Assembly (NCBI GenBank): GCA_000934665.2
Contig: KZ538063.1
Location: forward strand, 1-64,000
Reading direction: 5' to 3'
Length of the DNA stretch: 64,000 nt
Source: Catajapyx aquilonaris
Taxonomy: Eukaryota
The number at the start of each line of letters is the position of its first letter. Position 1 is the stretch's first letter. A model generated the notes under the pieces. It saw only the letters and a program-made list of their open reading frames with translations, made no database searches and was not told the origin of the DNA. Positions 62,150 through 64,000 of the stretch are shown in pieces. The position numbers and the translations under genes were made by a program.

Positions 62150-64000
62150 TATATCGCTTATAATTCATTTATTATTAATTTAATTTATACGAAATGTAAT
62201 GTTGCAATTTGCAGTCTTAATTGGAAACATGTAATATGCTATTTATGCTTAATTTTAACAAAATATCAAATCACCGGCATTTACTGCTCGTTTATGAAAT
62301 TGCCAAATGATCTAAATGAAATTATTGATACATTATGGATATCACGATACCGGTTCTTCGCACGCGAATTATTATCGAAGAATGAATATTTTTAGGGGGG
62401 AAAATGGCAGAATAGGGTGGTATATAGGGGCAGGAAAGTGGGACACCCCGACAAACTTTGCCTTTTATGATTATAGGTAAGATTTACTATCCATATTATT
62501 ATGTTTCATATATAAAAATTATCACATTATAATGATTTATTATGCAGAAGACAAATTAGGAAAAAAAATATTTCTTTCTTCATTGGTATTTCTTGCACAA
62601 TAATTTCTTTTTTTAATGCCTTAATTTTTCATTTCTTTCCTTCGCACTACACGGGCTTAAGTGAGAACGCATTAGTGAATATTCAGCTCCTTATATACAG
62701 ACGCGGAAGAGAACTAGGGTCCGTGACCAACCATACAATTAACCAAGCCCCAATTATTTGGTCCAGATTGATTAGTCTTGGCAGCTGGGTCGTTTGCATC
62801 CGTCACATCATCGCCCTCCTAAAACTAAATTTTGGTGTCGTGAGCAGACAGCACAAACGTGTTTTTGGGCTTCCTTCTTCTCCACCTATATAAGCAAACA
62901 GAAAGTGAAGAAGAAGATGCCTTCCGGGTTGTGTTAAGTGGACCTTAGGCAAGTTTGAGTGAGGGAAAAACCCCCCTTTTCCTCTGCTGAGTAAGGATTG
63001 TTGCACACAGACCTCTCCTTTACATGAGGATGGGGTCGTGTGCTGGACTGGCCATGGATCAGGTCGTCTCTCTTTTTTCTCTCTCCTTTCTAACGAAAGG
63101 CTGTGTCATAGCCCATGGGAGTGCCGGCAAACATGAAGGAAGAAAATGAGCAAAAAATAATTTGAATTGGATGCACACGGCACTTGGGATGCAGGCAGGT
63201 GGAACATGGAATTTTTTTTGCAGACGAGACTCTCTTCCCCCCCATGTACTAACTCATGCAATGCCCTTCTTCTCACCTCCTGTACCTGTTGCCAGCCCCT
63301 TGTCAATTTGCATACAAGGCGCCCCGAAAAATTCCAGGGTGACGCCCCAACCCACATTAGTCACTGGGAGGACCCACCTTACTAGAGTCAATTTTGCGGA
63401 CGGCACCATTTTGGCCTTTTTAAAAAAAGGGTCAGATTCTAATAGGCCGGTTGCAAAAAAAATGAGATGAAATCTGACGAAAAATTTCTCTCTAATTATT
63501 ATTTGATTTGATACAATCAGGCGATTGCATAATTATAAATTTTCCCATCAGTTTCATTGGTAGGGTCTACACGAGTTATTTTGAGCAATTATTTAATCAA
63601 AAATTATTAAAGATACTGAATTTATAGACACATGTTAAATTGCTTTCATGCATTTAACTTATATCATTCAACATCCTAATTTCATTATTTGACGTTTACA
63701 AAGTAATTTATATGAGTATGATTTTGTTAGATTTTCATTTTGATTTGATACAATCGGGCGTTTGGGGAAAAAATATTCCATTGCATAATTCGAGATTTTC
63801 TCACCAATTTTATTGATAAGTCAACACGTTAGTAAATTTGTTCAAAAATTATTAATTTAAGATACTACATTTAGGTACAAGTTAAATTGCTTTCATGCAT
63901 TTAACTTATATTATTCAAATGCTAATTTCATTCACTGACGTTTACAAACTTATTTTATGTGTTTTGATTTTTGTACATTTTCTTTGATTGGATATAATCG

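Noticed and set aside
56081..64000. Terminal ZIP exon or additional genes in the last 8 kb
   Set aside because: No convincing exon or domain-bearing ORF; the sequence is repeat-rich with small N gaps (57160, ~59801-59805).

Overview
Eukaryotic nuclear DNA from an animal, most likely an arthropod (spliceosomal GT-AG introns, many only about 55-75 nt, GC-richer exons, AT-rich MITE- and satellite-filled introns). The first ~36 kb is gene-dense: an ankyrin-repeat protein fused to a degenerate PERK/PKR-type kinase domain that runs off the left edge, a secreted GMC oxidoreductase, an orphan secreted basic/Cys/Thr-rich protein, MRPS24, prefoldin 5, two paralogous genes sharing an unrecognised N-terminal helical domain (one with C2H2 fingers), three tandem BTB(-ZF) paralogues, an F-box/LRR gene and mitochondrial MDH2. 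The last ~28 kb holds only the 5' exons of a CFAP53-like gene and a ZIP zinc transporter, with large repeat-filled introns. Several non-autonomous element families are visible (P-like MITE carrying YY1/Pho-type motifs, Tc1/mariner MITE, PIF/Harbinger-like MITE, Helitron-like, tRNA-SINE). The best candidate for an undescribed system is the ankyrin + eIF2-alpha-pseudokinase gene, followed by the zinc-finger cluster with a shared novel N-terminal domain and eroding finger arrays. All gene models were built by eye from splice signals and reading-frame continuity; no database searches were run.
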